A DNA stretch of 64,000 nt from the human T2T-CHM13v2.0 reference genome, Homo sapiens, in the NCBI RefSeq assembly GCF_009914755.1, contig NC_060929.1; one strand, given 5' to 3'. Of the stretch, positions 1 through 13,850 are shown in pieces; position 1 is the stretch's first letter; each line of letters starts with the position of its first letter. The translations under genes and the position numbers were made by a program. The notes below the pieces were generated by a model. The model was not told the DNA's origin, did not search any database, and worked only from the letters and a program-made list of their open reading frames with translations.

Positions 1-175
1 GGGCATAGTGTTTAGAATAAGACAGACCTTGCTTTAAACTCCAGTTCCACTACTCACACTTGGGTGGCCTTTGGAAAGCTACTTAGCCTGTCTTGAGTCT
101 TGGTTACCTCATTTATGCAAAAGGGATAGCAATCATGTTTCCTAAGATTCTTGTGGAAAGAATTTTAAGATACAT
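1..175 (+). mobile_element. MIR SINE fragment
   Basis: MIR-like core (agacctt...actccagttccactactc...gagtcttggttacctcattt...aaaagggata). Confidence 0.55.
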
Positions 176-185
176 GACAGATTGA

Positions 186-259
186 TTATTATTATTATTA
201 TATTATTATTATTATTATTGAGAGAGGGTCTTGCTCTGTTACCCAGGCTAGACTGCAGT
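186..259 (-). repeat. (ATT)n microsatellite with a short Alu 3'-end fragment
   Basis: attattatt run followed by gagagagggtcttgctctgttacccaggctagactgcagt. Confidence 0.8.
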
Positions 260-2129
260 AAAAGGTTTTTTTGAAATTAATATCCTGGGGTTTTTTTATT
301 TTGTACTTCTACAAACTAGACAACCCCCAGTTCTATCTAAATGTGTAGGAAAGGACTAGCTATCACAAAAGGAATAAATAAGAAAGGATCAAAGCTCAGC
401 CTCTGACCACAAAAATGGGATTTCTGAGTCCGTAGCAAGAAAATGCAGTTGAAAACCAAATGTGAGAAGGGAATTTTCTAAATTCCTACACTGATTAATT
501 GAATAGTTGAACTCAGTAAACAGAAACAATTTTATTCTTTCATATTTCCTTTTAAACGTATCCTGTCAAAATAGTACCTTCTCGCCTCTGAATGAACTTT
601 CAGGTAGATTTCTTTTTACTAACACCTTTCTGGCATTCTCTTGTAATAAGTAGCTATTTTTAGGTAACAAAAAGTTCAGTGTAATATTACAAATCCAAAC
701 TCTCCTTATGCAATTTAAATTTTTTCCTTTTCTCAGCTTGGGCATGATTTAGACTCAGAATATGCTGTGGGAAGAGCAACCACCATTGGTTTCATCTCTG
801 TTTCTTGTTCTTTTCCCTTGCCTATTTGGAAACTACACTTTGGGTTCCTCTGGCAGTGAATTATAGGAAAGGAGTTTTAGAAATGTACAGGAAAGTCTTT
901 CTCAATCTTGACTGATATAGTTATGTGCCATTGGTATCTCTGGGATATGACACATAATCAAATGTGGACTCTTTTAAACTTGAAGTATTCTGAAGGGTTC
1001 GTTGGAGGTTTACCTATCACTGGAGCTCTACCTATCACCGGAGCTCTCTCACTTGCTGCTTTTTATCATCTCCTCAGCTTTTGCCTTTGATGATGGAACC
1101 TCCAGCTGCTTTTGAGTGAGGTTACTTCATCCTTTGCAGGAAGTCATATTGGGCATAATCCCTTTCAAGATGATCATAATTAGCCCCCTTCTATGGAATC
1201 CATATTTGGCCTATTGGCATTATGCACAAATCTTTGTCATGTCAAACTCTGAAAGTATATCTAGCTTCCTCTTTATTCTGCCATTCCAAAGCACCTAACA
1301 GACCCTCTTTGCCTTTAGACCTTCCGGGTATGAGTCAGAAACTAACTCCCAGTGACATATGTTGAACCTTCCAAATGGTTCTCTTGGAGCTTCCTTTCTT
1401 GTGTTGAGGTGAGGGAGAAGACTCCTCGCTCCATGTGACACCAATATATAGCTCTTATCAAAGAAACACACATTCTTGGACTTTTCATCCTCTCCATGTA
1501 TTCTTAGCCTTTTCTTAGTTTGGAGATGAGTAATAAGCTAATGCTGGTAGAATTGGGTTTTGACTTCACCTTTTACAAACTCCACATAGATAATTCTACA
1601 CAGAATAAGGAATGGGGGTACTTGTCAACGATTTGTGTTCATCAGTAAGGCCACTGTCCAAACTCTAAGACAACATGAAAACCACATTTAACATTTTGCT
1701 ACATTCCTCAAGTTCCTATTAACATATGTAAGTTAAAACACAACTACAGAGTTCTACTATTAGCCATTGCTATGGTTTGAATGTTTGTCCCCTCCAAAAT
1801 TCGTGTTGAAATTTAATAGCCAACGTGGTAGTATTGAGAGACAGGGTCTTTAAGAGGTGACTGGATCATGAGGGCTCTGCCTTCATAAATGGATTAAGCC
1901 ATTCATGGATTAATGGAGTAATGGATTAATATGTTATCATGGGAATGGTACGATTGGCTTTACAAGAGGAAAAAGAGAGACCTGAGCTACCATGTTCAGT
2001 CCCTTTGCTATGTGATGCCCTGTGCCACCTCGGGACTCTGCAGAGAGTCCCCATCAGCAAGAAGGCCCTCACTAACTGCAGCCTTGGCCTTAGAATTCTT
2101 AGCCTCCATAACTGTAAGAAATAAATTCC

Positions 2130-2292
2130 TAGCCAGGCATGGTGGCACATGCCTGTAGTCCTATTTACTCAGGAGGCTGAGGCTGGAGGATCACTTGAAC
2201 CCAGGAGTTCGAGGTTACAGTGAGCTATGATGGTGCCACCGCACTCCAGCCTGGGCAACAGAGTAAGACTCTGTCTCAAAAAAAAAAAAAAA
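2130..2292 (+). mobile_element. Alu right-arm monomer inserted in the MST LTR
   Basis: agccaggcatggtggcacatgcctgtagtc...gtctcaaaa(A)n. Confidence 0.85.
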
Positions 2293-2510
2293 GAAAGAAA
2301 GAAAGGAAAGAAGGAAGGAAGGAAGAAGGATGGACAGACAGATGGAAGGAAGGGGAGAGAGAGAGAGAAAGAAAGAGAGAGAAAGAGGAGAAAAAGAAAA
2401 GAAAAAGAAAAAGGAAGGGAGGGGAGGGGAGGGGAAGGGGAAGGGGGAAGAGGGAAGGGGGAAGAGAAGGGAAGGGAAGGGAAGGGAAGGGAAGGGAAGG
2501 GAAGGAAAGG
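2293..2510 (+). repeat. Compound polypurine microsatellite (GAAA/GGAA/GA/GGGAA)n
   Basis: Nearly pure purine run extending from the Alu tail. Confidence 0.95.
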
Positions 2511-2619
2511 AATTCTTTTTCTTTATAATATAATTGCCCAGTTTCAGGTATTTTGTAATAAGCAACAGAAAACAGACTAAGACAACCATATGATACAGAA
2601 AAAGCTAAGGAAGTTAACA

Positions 2620-3750
2620 AAGATAGATCTCTCCTCCACACCTTCCAGTCTAGAGCATTATTAGAAAGAGAAGGGGGACAAAGACTTAGAAAACAAGCAG
2701 ACAATGGGAGCTGACTTTTCTCCCTCAAGGCCCAAATATGCAGATAGGGGTAATAAATGGGAAGATGACATTAGAAGAGATGAAGAGAAAGTCAAAAGAA
2801 GAGGGAGTATGTACTAACTCCCTGTTTAGAACTCTAGGAGATGTCCATACAGGGTGGAAACAACATAACAAGAAGAGCTGGGGATGTTCAGGCAGAGAGG
2901 GGGCATCAGTTAGCTCTCCTGAGATTCTCTTAATTCCTGGGCATTGAGAACAAGTTCTCAAGGTTCCATACACCAAGGGCAATGAAGAAAGTGGCCAAAT
3001 TTACAGCCAAAACACCTGGCATAGGTGTTCTGTGGTGAAGTGACTCTACTACAAAGGTTGTGGAAAGCCACCCAGTCAAAGTCTGGATATAGGACTTCAA
3101 TGAGACTCAAAGGGTTTGAGAAAACAACAAAAACCAAGGTGAGGTAAAATCAGCAATGGAGGACCTCAGGTCCTAAATAAGGCCTTAAGTTTATGAGTCA
3201 ATGATTTTTTCAGTGGAGCCCAGACCAGGTATAGAACCAGTCTAGAAGCCTTGCAGCATGTATCAGTAAAAATCCAGAGACAGCTTATGGGATTCCAGAT
3301 ACCCTCAGATCCCAACCTTACCCTTTCCCCAGCACTGCTACAAGGCTACGTAAGGTCTGCCCCTATTCCTAAACACTTAACATTTAGGGTGACTATTTGT
3401 CCAAACTGGAACATTTCTGAGAGTACAAGGGTACTCTATTAAGAATTATGTCAGAAAAACAGGCATATACTGAAACTGCCCAGGCAGATAAAGGGATATG
3501 ATCACCTACCAATATGCCATTCTCAGGACTATGGAATGGGGAGAAAATCCGAGATTCAGCATTTACCCAAAGAGGACTTCTAACCAGAAGTAAATGGATG
3601 ACAGTAAGTAAGTTTAACTCATTATTTCCCAGCTAAATAGGGGAGAAGGGTGATGAGGGTTTAAGAGAAGTTTAGATGAGTTATTTAAAAAAAAAAATAA
3701 ATGAAGCTATGTTTTCTTTGCACATGTAAGTAGTAGGTTTTATTTTTCAA
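2620..3750 (+). mobile_element. Probable ancient Gypsy-type LTR (MamGypLTR-like)
   Basis: 3' part (aataaatgaagctatgttttctttgcacat) resembles my memory of MamGypLTR consensus ends; not verified by alignment. Confidence 0.4.
3385..3508 (+). mobile_element. hAT-Blackjack MITE (MER94/MER81-like)
   Basis: Terminal inverted repeats tagggtgacta ... tgatcaccta; ~125 bp. Confidence 0.7.
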
Positions 3751-4769
3751 AGAGAGGTCAGTATTTAGGTGAGACAGGAAATAGTCTCAGATACACATAA
3801 TCAAGTGTTTTATTACATTTGCTCCATTTCAATACATAGGCAACAGTCATTAAAGTGGATCTACAAAGAAGTTATCGCAATATAAATAAAACCCCGTCTC
3901 CATTAGCTACTAAGTCAAAGTTGTAGGGGTTTTACTTTGTGAATGTGCTACTTAAATAAAGAGAATGCCAGATGTCTAGTAGATAATAGGCACTCAAATC
4001 TGGTATCATTATTATCCAAATACCATTCTATCCTCCTTAAGAAAATATTACATTATAAATTGTGGAAGGAATTTTTTAAGCAAGTCCATCATCATCTCTG
4101 GTCACCTTAGTCATTTATATTTACAATTGTCACTGTCATTTACTGAAGGACAATTCACCCAAAAAAACAGCTAACAGATTTTCTTTTCTTCAGAAATTTC
4201 TCACCATTTAGATACAGGCATATTTATAAAGAGGCTATCATACTAACGCTACTCTCTTCTCACTCTACATTCTTTCCCAAGGAGACAACTATGCCTTCAG
4301 CCCAGGACTTTTACCTTGCTCTCCAGGCTGGGCCATCCAATTTGTTGTTGGACATCTCCACTTCAAAGTGCTGTCGGTACCTCAGTATTACCCCAACCCA
4401 CTCTTGTGTTTTCATTTGTGTTCCCTCACCTAGTGAACAAGTTTTCATCCAATTTCCTAAGTCAGAGGGCTGAGAGCCAACTTGGATTTCAACTTCTTCC
4501 AATCTGTCACTAAAAACTATTGACTATCCCTCTTGAATTTTTCTCAAACTTTTCCTTTTTGCTATCATTGCTGAGGGCAGAGATTTCGTTTTTAATCAAT
4601 TTTGTTCACTACTATATCTCTAGCAATTACAACAGTCCTGACACATAGTGAGTCCTCAACAAATAATAAATGAACACCTGAGTTTGTGGACTAACAATCA
4701 TATTTGCTATATAACTATTATAATACAGGGTTTCAGAAGCTCAACAATTTTAAAATTTTTAGTTCTTAC

Positions 4770-4809
4770 GTTTTTCTATGGCATTTCTGATAGTCTTCTG
4801 AAGAGGTAC
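4770..4809 (-). CDS. MEIKIN: MEIKIN coding exon 7 (STSSEDYQKCHRKT); the gene continues left of the window
   Basis: Acceptor ttctctcctag|GT, donor AAC|GTAAGA; 40 nt, phase 1 to 2; translation continues exon 6. Confidence 0.88.
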
Positions 4810-5154
4810 CTAGGAGAGAAAATAAAAACAATCTATTAGAAATATAATTCGAAGGCAAAAATTAGGTAAAAATGAATATTTTCCCCCAAGTGCAGTTCAT
4901 TTTTATAACTTTTTAAATATTGTTTTTATGTCTGCCACTTAAATTAGGTAAAAATATTTTCAAAATATCAAAGTAAAAAAATGCTGCAAAATTTTATGAG
5001 ATACAGGAATCTCTCCCTTGTATTTGAATAGTTCTTTATAATTTTTGAAGTCTTTTCACGTGTATTATCTTACTTGATTCTTACAACAATCCTGTCAGGT
5101 AAATATATCAATTTATTATCCCCATTTTACATATAAGAAAAAAATAACTGGTCA

Positions 5155-5468
<314 letters not shown>

Positions 5469-5789
5469 TTAGAAAACTCACAGTCAAATACTAGTCCAGT
5501 ATCAAATATATAGAAATGCATACTAATAGATTGATTAGTCAAGAAAATTTCTGCCAGCCAACATTTGACTGCCTCAGGTACATTAAGATATTACTAGGAA
5601 TATAAAGAACCATGGGTATAGTTGTCTAAAGAAATTAAAACCTTTAGTTTCTGTGGTACTTATGTTAGATTAGAATTTTTAAATCTCACCAATTAAGAGG
5701 AGACAAAGTGGATGATGCCTTTAAGCATTTCCTCAAAGGGAGGTTCTCAAAACATAAAAGGCTACAGTGGACCCTCATCATCTAGCATC

Positions 5790-6860
5790 TACTCTGTTTT
5801 TGCTGGTAACAGTCACCTCATTTTTTTTCCCCCGAGGGTCCAGGCATAGCCTATAACTCAATGCTGTGAGAGCCCTGCATCTCGCTGGACAAAGTGACTG
5901 GTTCAGGGTAAGGCATATAAACTAATGAAGCCCATGTGTAAGGTCCAGGACTTCAGTTCAAATTGTTGGGAAAGAGAAGCACTTTTTTCAATGTATTTGA
6001 GGCTGTGATTATGTAAGCCCACAGCCAGCAAAAGTTGCTCTAAGAAGGGACTTGTCTGAGAGCATAACTGACATAGAGGGATCCTGAGCCAAGAGATAGA
6101 GAGGAAATGGATCCTACCGATATCATTTGAAACCCTGGATCAAGTTGCATTTGCACCTGATTTATTGCTGAATTTTTCAAGTACACGTGGTAACAAATTC
6201 CCTTTTTAACCTAATACTGTTAGATTTTTTGACATTTGCAATGGACAAGAATCCTAACCAAAGTATTTGCTAAAGAGACAGCCTGCTTCTTTGAGAATTT
6301 TGTTTCAGTAAAGGAGTTGCCAAACTAAACATAACACAGAAGACAAGGCCTTCAAACACTGTAGAAATATGGCCATCCAGACAGCTATCAACTTTCCAAT
6401 AAAGGACCCCTAACTCAATGTTCTTTGACTAATATGACCCTTTCTTAGTGGCAGGCTCTAATAGGTGGGCTGACAATATCCATTCCTACTCCTCTTCTTC
6501 ATTTTCCTTGCCTTCTACCACAATAGAGGATAGGAAAGCAAAATACTTGGTTTCTCAGCCTCCCTGGTGGTAGATAGATGCATGACCCAGTTCTGGCCAA
6601 TAGACCAAAGTAGAAGTCAGCTGGGAATTTCTGGGAAAGCTTTTCTTCTTCCAATAAAAGAATACATGTGGGGCTACTCCTGCCCTATCTCATTCTTTCT
6701 ACCAGGAACACGGCTGTGACACCTAGAGTTTAGCAACCACCTTGCAACTATGGGGAACAAGCCAACACACTTGGTTGTATGTTGACATAAGACCCTATGA
6801 TCTTGATGATATTAGAGAACTGCTACACTAGCTCTGGGCTGGTATGGGAGAAACATAAAC
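5790..6860 (+). mobile_element. MLT1-type MaLR LTR fragments
   Basis: Motifs gtgactggttcagggtaaggcat and catgacccagttctggccaat typical of old MLT1 LTRs. Confidence 0.5.
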
Positions 6861-6869
6861 CCAGTATGA

Positions 6870-9110
6870 ATAAAAAATTTTTGCATGACAAAACATACCA
6901 TGAACAAAAAGACAACTGACAAACTGGGACAAAATATTCATAATATATACAACAGACAAAAGGCCAATATTCTTCAAATAAAAATGGCCCTTAAACATAT
7001 GAAAAATGTTTAAACTCACATATAATCATGGAAATGCAAGTTAAAATAGCACAGAGATACCATTTGTCACCTATTAGAGTAGCAAAAATTAAAAAAAAAT
7101 ATGACAACACATTCTGTTGGTAAGGATATAGTGAGACCAGCACTTTAACACACTGCTGTTGGGAATGCAAACTGTTATAATCCTTCTGGAGGAAAATTTG
7201 GCAATATCCAATAAAATGATATATGCACTTACCTTTTGACCCAGCTATCCTACCTCTGGAAATCTACCTTGAAGACACACTGCCAATAACATGAAAATAT
7301 ATATCATAGGTTTATTCATTGCAGTATTGTTGATGGTGGCAAAATACTGGGGAAAAACCTAAATACCCAATTTATAGGTATTTTTGAATCAACAAAAGTA
7401 CATCCACAGAGTGGAGTACTATGCAGCTGTAAAAAATAAAAGGAAGATCTCTATGTAAACCAATGTGGAGTGATTTCCAGTACATACTGTTAGGTGGAAA
7501 AATCAAAGTGAAAAAAGAGTAGCTATATAGCACGGTACCCTTCATGTAACAAAGAAGAGGATATAAAGAAATACATGGATATCTCCTGATTTGTACAAAA
7601 GAAACACAGGAAGGATAAGCCAAAAACTAAAAAGACCAGTTATCCATAGGGGTTAAGTGAGAAAGGGGTAGAAAGAAGAGAAGAATGGTAGCTGGAAGAA
7701 GGAGAAAGTGACAATTTTCTGAGAATAACTTTTTATATAGCTATGACTCTTAAAACCATAGTAATATTTCATATTCCCGAATACATAAACAAAACCAAAC
7801 AGGAAAGGTGAATGCAAAAGTGAATCAATAACAAATGAGTCTAGCTATACATATTACAAGTGAATAACTTCTCATATGCTAAGGGAGGTGGGGAGAAAAT
7901 GAACTTACATAACTTTGGAAAATTAGTATTTTGACTGGATGCTGTAATGCTAAAGACAAAAAGAACTGTATGCAAATGCTGTAATTTATTTACTAAATGT
8001 GTTTCTTACAGGAGCCTGGGTTAACACTTCTGAAACTACTCTATACATATATACTAGAAATAAATAAATAAATGAACGAATGATGAAAATATTGGATTTC
8101 AAACCATAGAATAAATATCCATGAGTCTACACTGAATAAGTAATCAAATAAACAAACAAATGGCAGAAAAGAGAAAGTTCTTCTTTTACAGTAAAATTCC
8201 AATTAATAAAAGTAGCAGGAAAGAACAGAATAAAAAATCACCCTTGGACAAACACCACAGTAATAAAGGTTGAAGTCAGCTGGCTCCTCTGATGGCTGCT
8301 AAAATTAGTGAAATAAAGTTTGAGGAGAAACAGAGTTTACAGTCTCAAACTATCTTTTTGTAGATATTCAAAAATTACAAAGAGAAAACATAATCTTTAA
8401 TTGGAGAAATTCAGCAGATACCACCTTAACTAAATGATGAAATTTACCATCACCACTAGTAAGACATAATATTCTTCAAATAAAAATGGGGGGACATCAT
8501 GAACCCTTTGATATGATATGATACACTGCAAAGGCACAACATCATTTCTGTGGTATTCTTACCAAAAACTGCATAACTTCATTTTTTTTTTTTTTTGAGA
8601 AGATCCTCATTCTGTCACCCAGGCAGAAGTTCAGTGGTACAAACGTGGCTCACTGTAGCCTTGACCTCCTGGGCTCAAGCGATCCTCTCATTCTCCCACC
8701 TCAGCCTCTTGAGTAGCTGGGACTACAGGCGTGCACCATCACATCTGGCTCATTTTTTATTTTTTGTAGAGATAGAGGTCTCACTATGTTGCCCAGGCTG
8801 GTCTCAAACTCCTCGCCTCAAGCAGTCCTCCCACCTCAGTCTCCCAAAGTGCTGGGATTACAGGTGTCAGCCACTGCACCCAGCCATAACTTCATTCCTA
8901 TCACGAGGAAACATCAAGACAAATCCCAACTAAGGGACATTCTACAAAATAACATCAGTAATCTGAAAGACTGAGGAAGTATTACAAACTGCAGGAGACT
9001 AGGGAGAAATAACAATTAAATGCAACATGGGATCCAGGATAGGATCATGAAACAGAAAAAAAGAAAGACTAAATGAAAAGTCTAAAAATAGTTCAAAATA
9101 AAAAGTTATA
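6870..9110 (+). mobile_element. Old L1M (L1MC/L1ME-type) 3' region, interrupted by an Alu
   Basis: L1 3' motifs (gaaatgcaagttaaaa, ttttgacccagctatcc, aattaaatgcaacatgggatcc). Confidence 0.7.
8582..8886 (-). mobile_element. AluJ
   Basis: Poly-T followed by antisense Alu; TSD cataacttcatt on both sides. Confidence 0.9.
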
Positions 9111-9114
9111 AAAG

Positions 9115-9561
<447 letters not shown>

Positions 9562-9705
9562 TCATACATACTTATGCTATTATTAGATATTATCTGTAGC
9601 CAAAGGCAATCCAACTGATAGACTTAGCTTAGAAATCATTCAAGAGAAAAAATACTTTGCTTTTCCAACATAGATGAGAAATGTTCCCCTGTGTGTGCAA
9701 CTCAC

Positions 9706-9825
9706 TGAAAATTGCTGAGACATTTGAAAACTGTGGTGCCTTCTCTATCGCTACTGCTTTACTGGTATCCAGAAGAGTAGAATTCTTCCACTGCATGTGT
9801 TCTTCCAAGTTGGGACACTCCCAGT
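9706..9825 (-). CDS. MEIKIN: MEIKIN coding exon 6 (DWECPNLEEHMQWKNSTLLDTSKAVAIEKAPQFSNVSAIF)
   Basis: Inside ORF 9629..9865; acceptor gttttag|AC, donor TCA|GTGAGT; 120 nt, phase 1 to 1. Confidence 0.94.
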
Positions 9826-10158
9826 CTAAAACAGCAGAGAAGAAATAGTGTAAGACTTTGAACAACAGCCTACAAATGATGGGTTACTCCCTACCCCACC
9901 TTAGGCCCCCAGCCCATACTAAATGATGGTATTATATTTGAAGGTTTTGGATGAGACAGAAAAAAATAAGCCTTGATGGATCAATATAGTAAATAATCTA
10001 TAGTCTATTCTGGTTCTCTTACCCTGCCTTCCTCTCTAGACTTTTCTACCATGCGGATTATTGATCTAAGAGACAGGTAGCACACATGTGAGCTGCCTGT
10101 TATATTTTATATATGTTATACCTATGTGCCATTAAAAATCGCATCACTAAATAACATA

Positions 10159-10497
10159 CAGTCAGCCCTTTGTATTTATGAGTTCCACATTTGTGGATTC
10201 AACCAACCATGGACTGAAAATATTCAGGAAAAAAATTGCATCCATACTCAACATATACAGCCTTTTTTTTTTCTTGTCATTATTCACTAAACAATACAGT
10301 ATAACAACTATTTACATAGCATTTACATTGCATTAAGTATTATAAGTAATCTAAAGATTATTTAAAGTATATAGGAGGATGTGCATAGGTTACATGCAAA
10401 TACCATGCCATTTTATATCAGGGACTTCAGCATCCACAGATTTTGGTATCCAAGGGAGGTCTTGGAACCAACCCCCATGGATACCAAGGGACAACTG
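10159..10497 (+). mobile_element. MER2 (TcMar-Tigger) DNA transposon
   Basis: TIRs cagtcagccctttgtat ... ataccaagggacaactg with TA target duplication on both sides; ~340 bp. Confidence 0.85.
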
Positions 10498-10788
10498 TAC
10501 GTAAACTGCTATTACTTAATATCAGTTTTAAGCTTTCTAGTGACTTCCCACTATGGAATAAGGCTATTACCTGTATATTCGCCCATCCCCACCTTTCCTA
10601 CCTCTCCCATCGTTCCCATATTGTTATATCATATATTAAGTTAGATCAATATTCATATAGACATATGATGATAAAATGTTATAAAAATGCTGTTTACTCT
10701 GGTGGTATATCAAAACCACCTTTTGTTTTTCCTGGAGTCAATACAAGTCCCTTTCCTCATCTGTTTAGTTTTATACACACACACACAC

Positions 10789-11072
10789 TTTTTTGAGAAG
10801 AGTCTTGCTCTGTCGCCCAGGCTAGAATGCAGTGGTGTGATCTTGGCTCACTGCAACCTCCGGTTCCTGGGTTTAAGTGATTCTCCTGCCTCAGACTCCT
10901 GAGTAGCTGGGATTACAGGCATCCACCACCACACCCGGCTAATATTTTATTTGTGTAGAGACAGTTTCGCCATGTTGGCCAGGCTTGTCTCAAACTCCTG
11001 ACCTCAAGCAATCCGCCTGCCTCAGCCTCCCAAAGTGCTGTGATTACAGGTGTGTGCTACCACTCCTGGTCC
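10789..11072 (-). mobile_element. AluS with (CA)n at the tail
   Basis: Antisense Alu dimer. Confidence 0.9.
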
Positions 11073-13538
11073 CTCTATATTTTTAAATCTATTTAATCTC
11101 AAATGCTACCAAATTGCATAAATCCATTCCATTTATTCCACTCCCAGGTGTTTTAGAATTTCTAATGCTGTGCCTTGGTGTTTTTCATCTACTGTACTAG
11201 GCACACTATGGTCCTTTTAACCTGGAAACTCATAATTTATAGCTCGAAAAATGTTCTTGAATTATTTCTTAATAATTTTCTTCCCTTTTTTCTGTTATCT
11301 TTTCCTGGAACTCCTATTATTTGATGTTGGATTTCATATACTGTTCTTCTATCTTATATTTTTTTCCTCTAAATTTTAATCTTTTTTTTTCTTTATTTTC
11401 TCCTCTTTTTTCCTCCTTTTTTTCTTATGATTTTTTTTTCTGGTAAATCTCAACTTAATATTTTAATCCTTTTACTGAGTTTTCCATTCTGCTTTTGCAC
11501 TTCATTGTTCTTAGAACAGCCTCTTCTTCATAGCATCCTATTCTTATTTAACGGATAAAATACATATTTTCTTATCTCAATGAAGATTTTTAAAAATATT
11601 TTCCTCTCCTTGTTCCTATTTCTCCTTGATTCTTTTTCCTCCTACTTAATTTCCTTGTTTCAAGATTTTTTTAATTTTAAAAGTTTAAACATTTTAATAT
11701 TTAAAATTATTTTTATAGTTAGAACACTTAACATGAGATCTACACTCAAACTTTTAAGTGTACAATCCAGTGTTGTTAACTAAAGGCACAGTGTTCTATA
11801 GCAGCTCTCTAGAGCTCACTCCTACATGTGTAAGTGAAACTTAATACCCATTGATAGCAACTCCCAATTTTCCTTTCCTGCCAGTTCCTGTCGAACATCA
11901 TCCTACTCTCTGCTTCTATGAGTTTGGCTCTTTTAGATAACTCATATAAGTGGAAATATCAAGTATTCGACCCTCTGTGACTGGCTTATTTCATTTAACA
12001 TAATGTCCTCAAGGTTCATCCATGTTGTCACAAATTGCAGGATTTCTTTCTTAAGACTGAATAATATTCCATTGTATTTATACATCACATTTTCTTTATC
12101 CATTCATCTATCAACAAACATTTAGGTTTTTTCCACCTCTCGGCTACTGTGAATAATGCTGCAATGAATAAGGGAGTGCTAATATCTCTTTGAGATCCTG
12201 ATTTTAATTATTTTGGATATTCACACAGGGATTGATGGACCACATGGTCATTCTGTCTTTAATTTTTAGAGACACCTCCATACTGTTTCTATAGCTGCTG
12301 TGCCATTTTACATTCCCACCAACAGTGTACAAGGGTTCTAATTTATCCACACCCTTGCCAACATTTGTTATCTTTTGTTTTTTGTTTTTTTGGTAATAGC
12401 CCTTTTAACAAGTGTGAGGTGATACTGTGGTTTTGATTTGCATGTTCCTGATGATTAATGATGTTGAGCATTTTTTCATATACTTGCTGGCTATTGCTGC
12501 TGCTGCTTTGGAGAAATATCTATTCAAGTTATTTGTCTATTTTTTCAATCAGGTTGTTTTTTTTGCTTAATTTTGCTATTCAGTTATAAGAGTTCCTTAC
12601 GCATTTTAATTATTTACTCCTTTATCAGATATATGATTTATACATATTTCCTTCCATTTTGGTAGGTTATCTCTTTACTCTGTTGATTGTTTCTTTTGCT
12701 GTGCAGAAGTGATGATGTCTCACTCGTTACTGCTCTTGTTGCCTATACTTTTGGTAGCATATCCACGAAATCACTGCTAAGACTAATGTTATGAAGCTTT
12801 TCCCCTATGTTTTCTTCTAGGAGTTTTACAGCTTAAGGTCTTATATTTAAGTATTTAATCCAATTTGAATTAATTTTTGTGTATGGGTGTCAATGTCCAA
12901 TTTCATTATTTTGTATGTGGATATTCAGTTTTCCCAATAGCATTTGTTGAAGAAAGTATCCTTTCCTCATTGTGTATTCTTGGCACTCCATCCTGTCAAA
13001 GATAAGTTGGCCATATATGTACAGATTCATTTCTCTTATGACAGTATCATACTGTTTGAATTACTATAGCATTGCAATGTATTTTGAAATCAGGAAGTAT
13101 GATGTTCCTACTTTGTTCTTCTCAAGATTGTTTTGGCTATTTGAGCTTCTTTGTGGTTCCATATACACTTCAGGGTTGCTTTGTTATTTCTGTTAAAAAA
13201 TGCCATTGAGATTTTGATAGAGATTGCATCAAATTTGTAGACTGCTTTGGGTGTATGGATATTTTAACAATATTAAGTCTTCCAACTCATAAACATGGGA
13301 TGTGCATCCATTTGCTTGCATCTTTTTAAATTTTATTCATCATTGTTTTCCAGCATACATATCTTCTACTTCTTAAGTTTATTCCTAAATATTTTATACT
13401 TTTTGATGATATTGTAAATGAGATTGTTTTATTTCCTTTTCAGGTAGTTTATTGCTAGGATATAGAAACACAACTGATTTTCGTATGTTGATTTTATAAT
13501 CTACAATTTTACCAAATTCATTTAATCGTTCAAATAAG

Positions 13539-13850
13539 TTTTTGTGTTTTTTTTGTTTTTTGTTTTTTTTGAGACAGAGTCTTGCTCTGTCACTCAGGCT
13601 GGAGTGCAGTGGCATGATCCCGGCCCACTGCAACCTCTGCCTCCCAGGTTAAAGTGATTCTCCTGCCTCAGCCTCCTGAGTAGCTGGGACTACAGGCACC
13701 TGCCACCATGCTGGCTTATTTTTGTATTTTTAGTAGAGAAGGGCTTTCACCATTTTGGCCAGGCTGGTCTCAAACTCCTGATCTCATGTGATCTGCCCGC
13801 CTTGGCCTCTTAAAGTGCTGGGGTACAGGTGTGAGCCACCACACCCAGCC
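13539..13850 (-). mobile_element. AluS nested in L1
   Basis: Antisense Alu dimer with T-rich tail. Confidence 0.9.

Larger units (their letters stand above)
1768..2584 (+). mobile_element. MST-family (ERVL-MaLR) solo LTR interrupted by an Alu monomer
   Basis: Starts tgctatggtttgaatgtttgtcccctccaaaa, ends aaacagactaagaca; flanked by gccat / accat (5-bp TSD, one mismatch). Confidence 0.85.

Noticed and set aside
2215-2728. Several 100-150 aa ORFs rich in K/E/G/R or F/P/S/L
   Set aside because: They are translations of the Alu tail and polypurine microsatellite, which lack stop codons by composition
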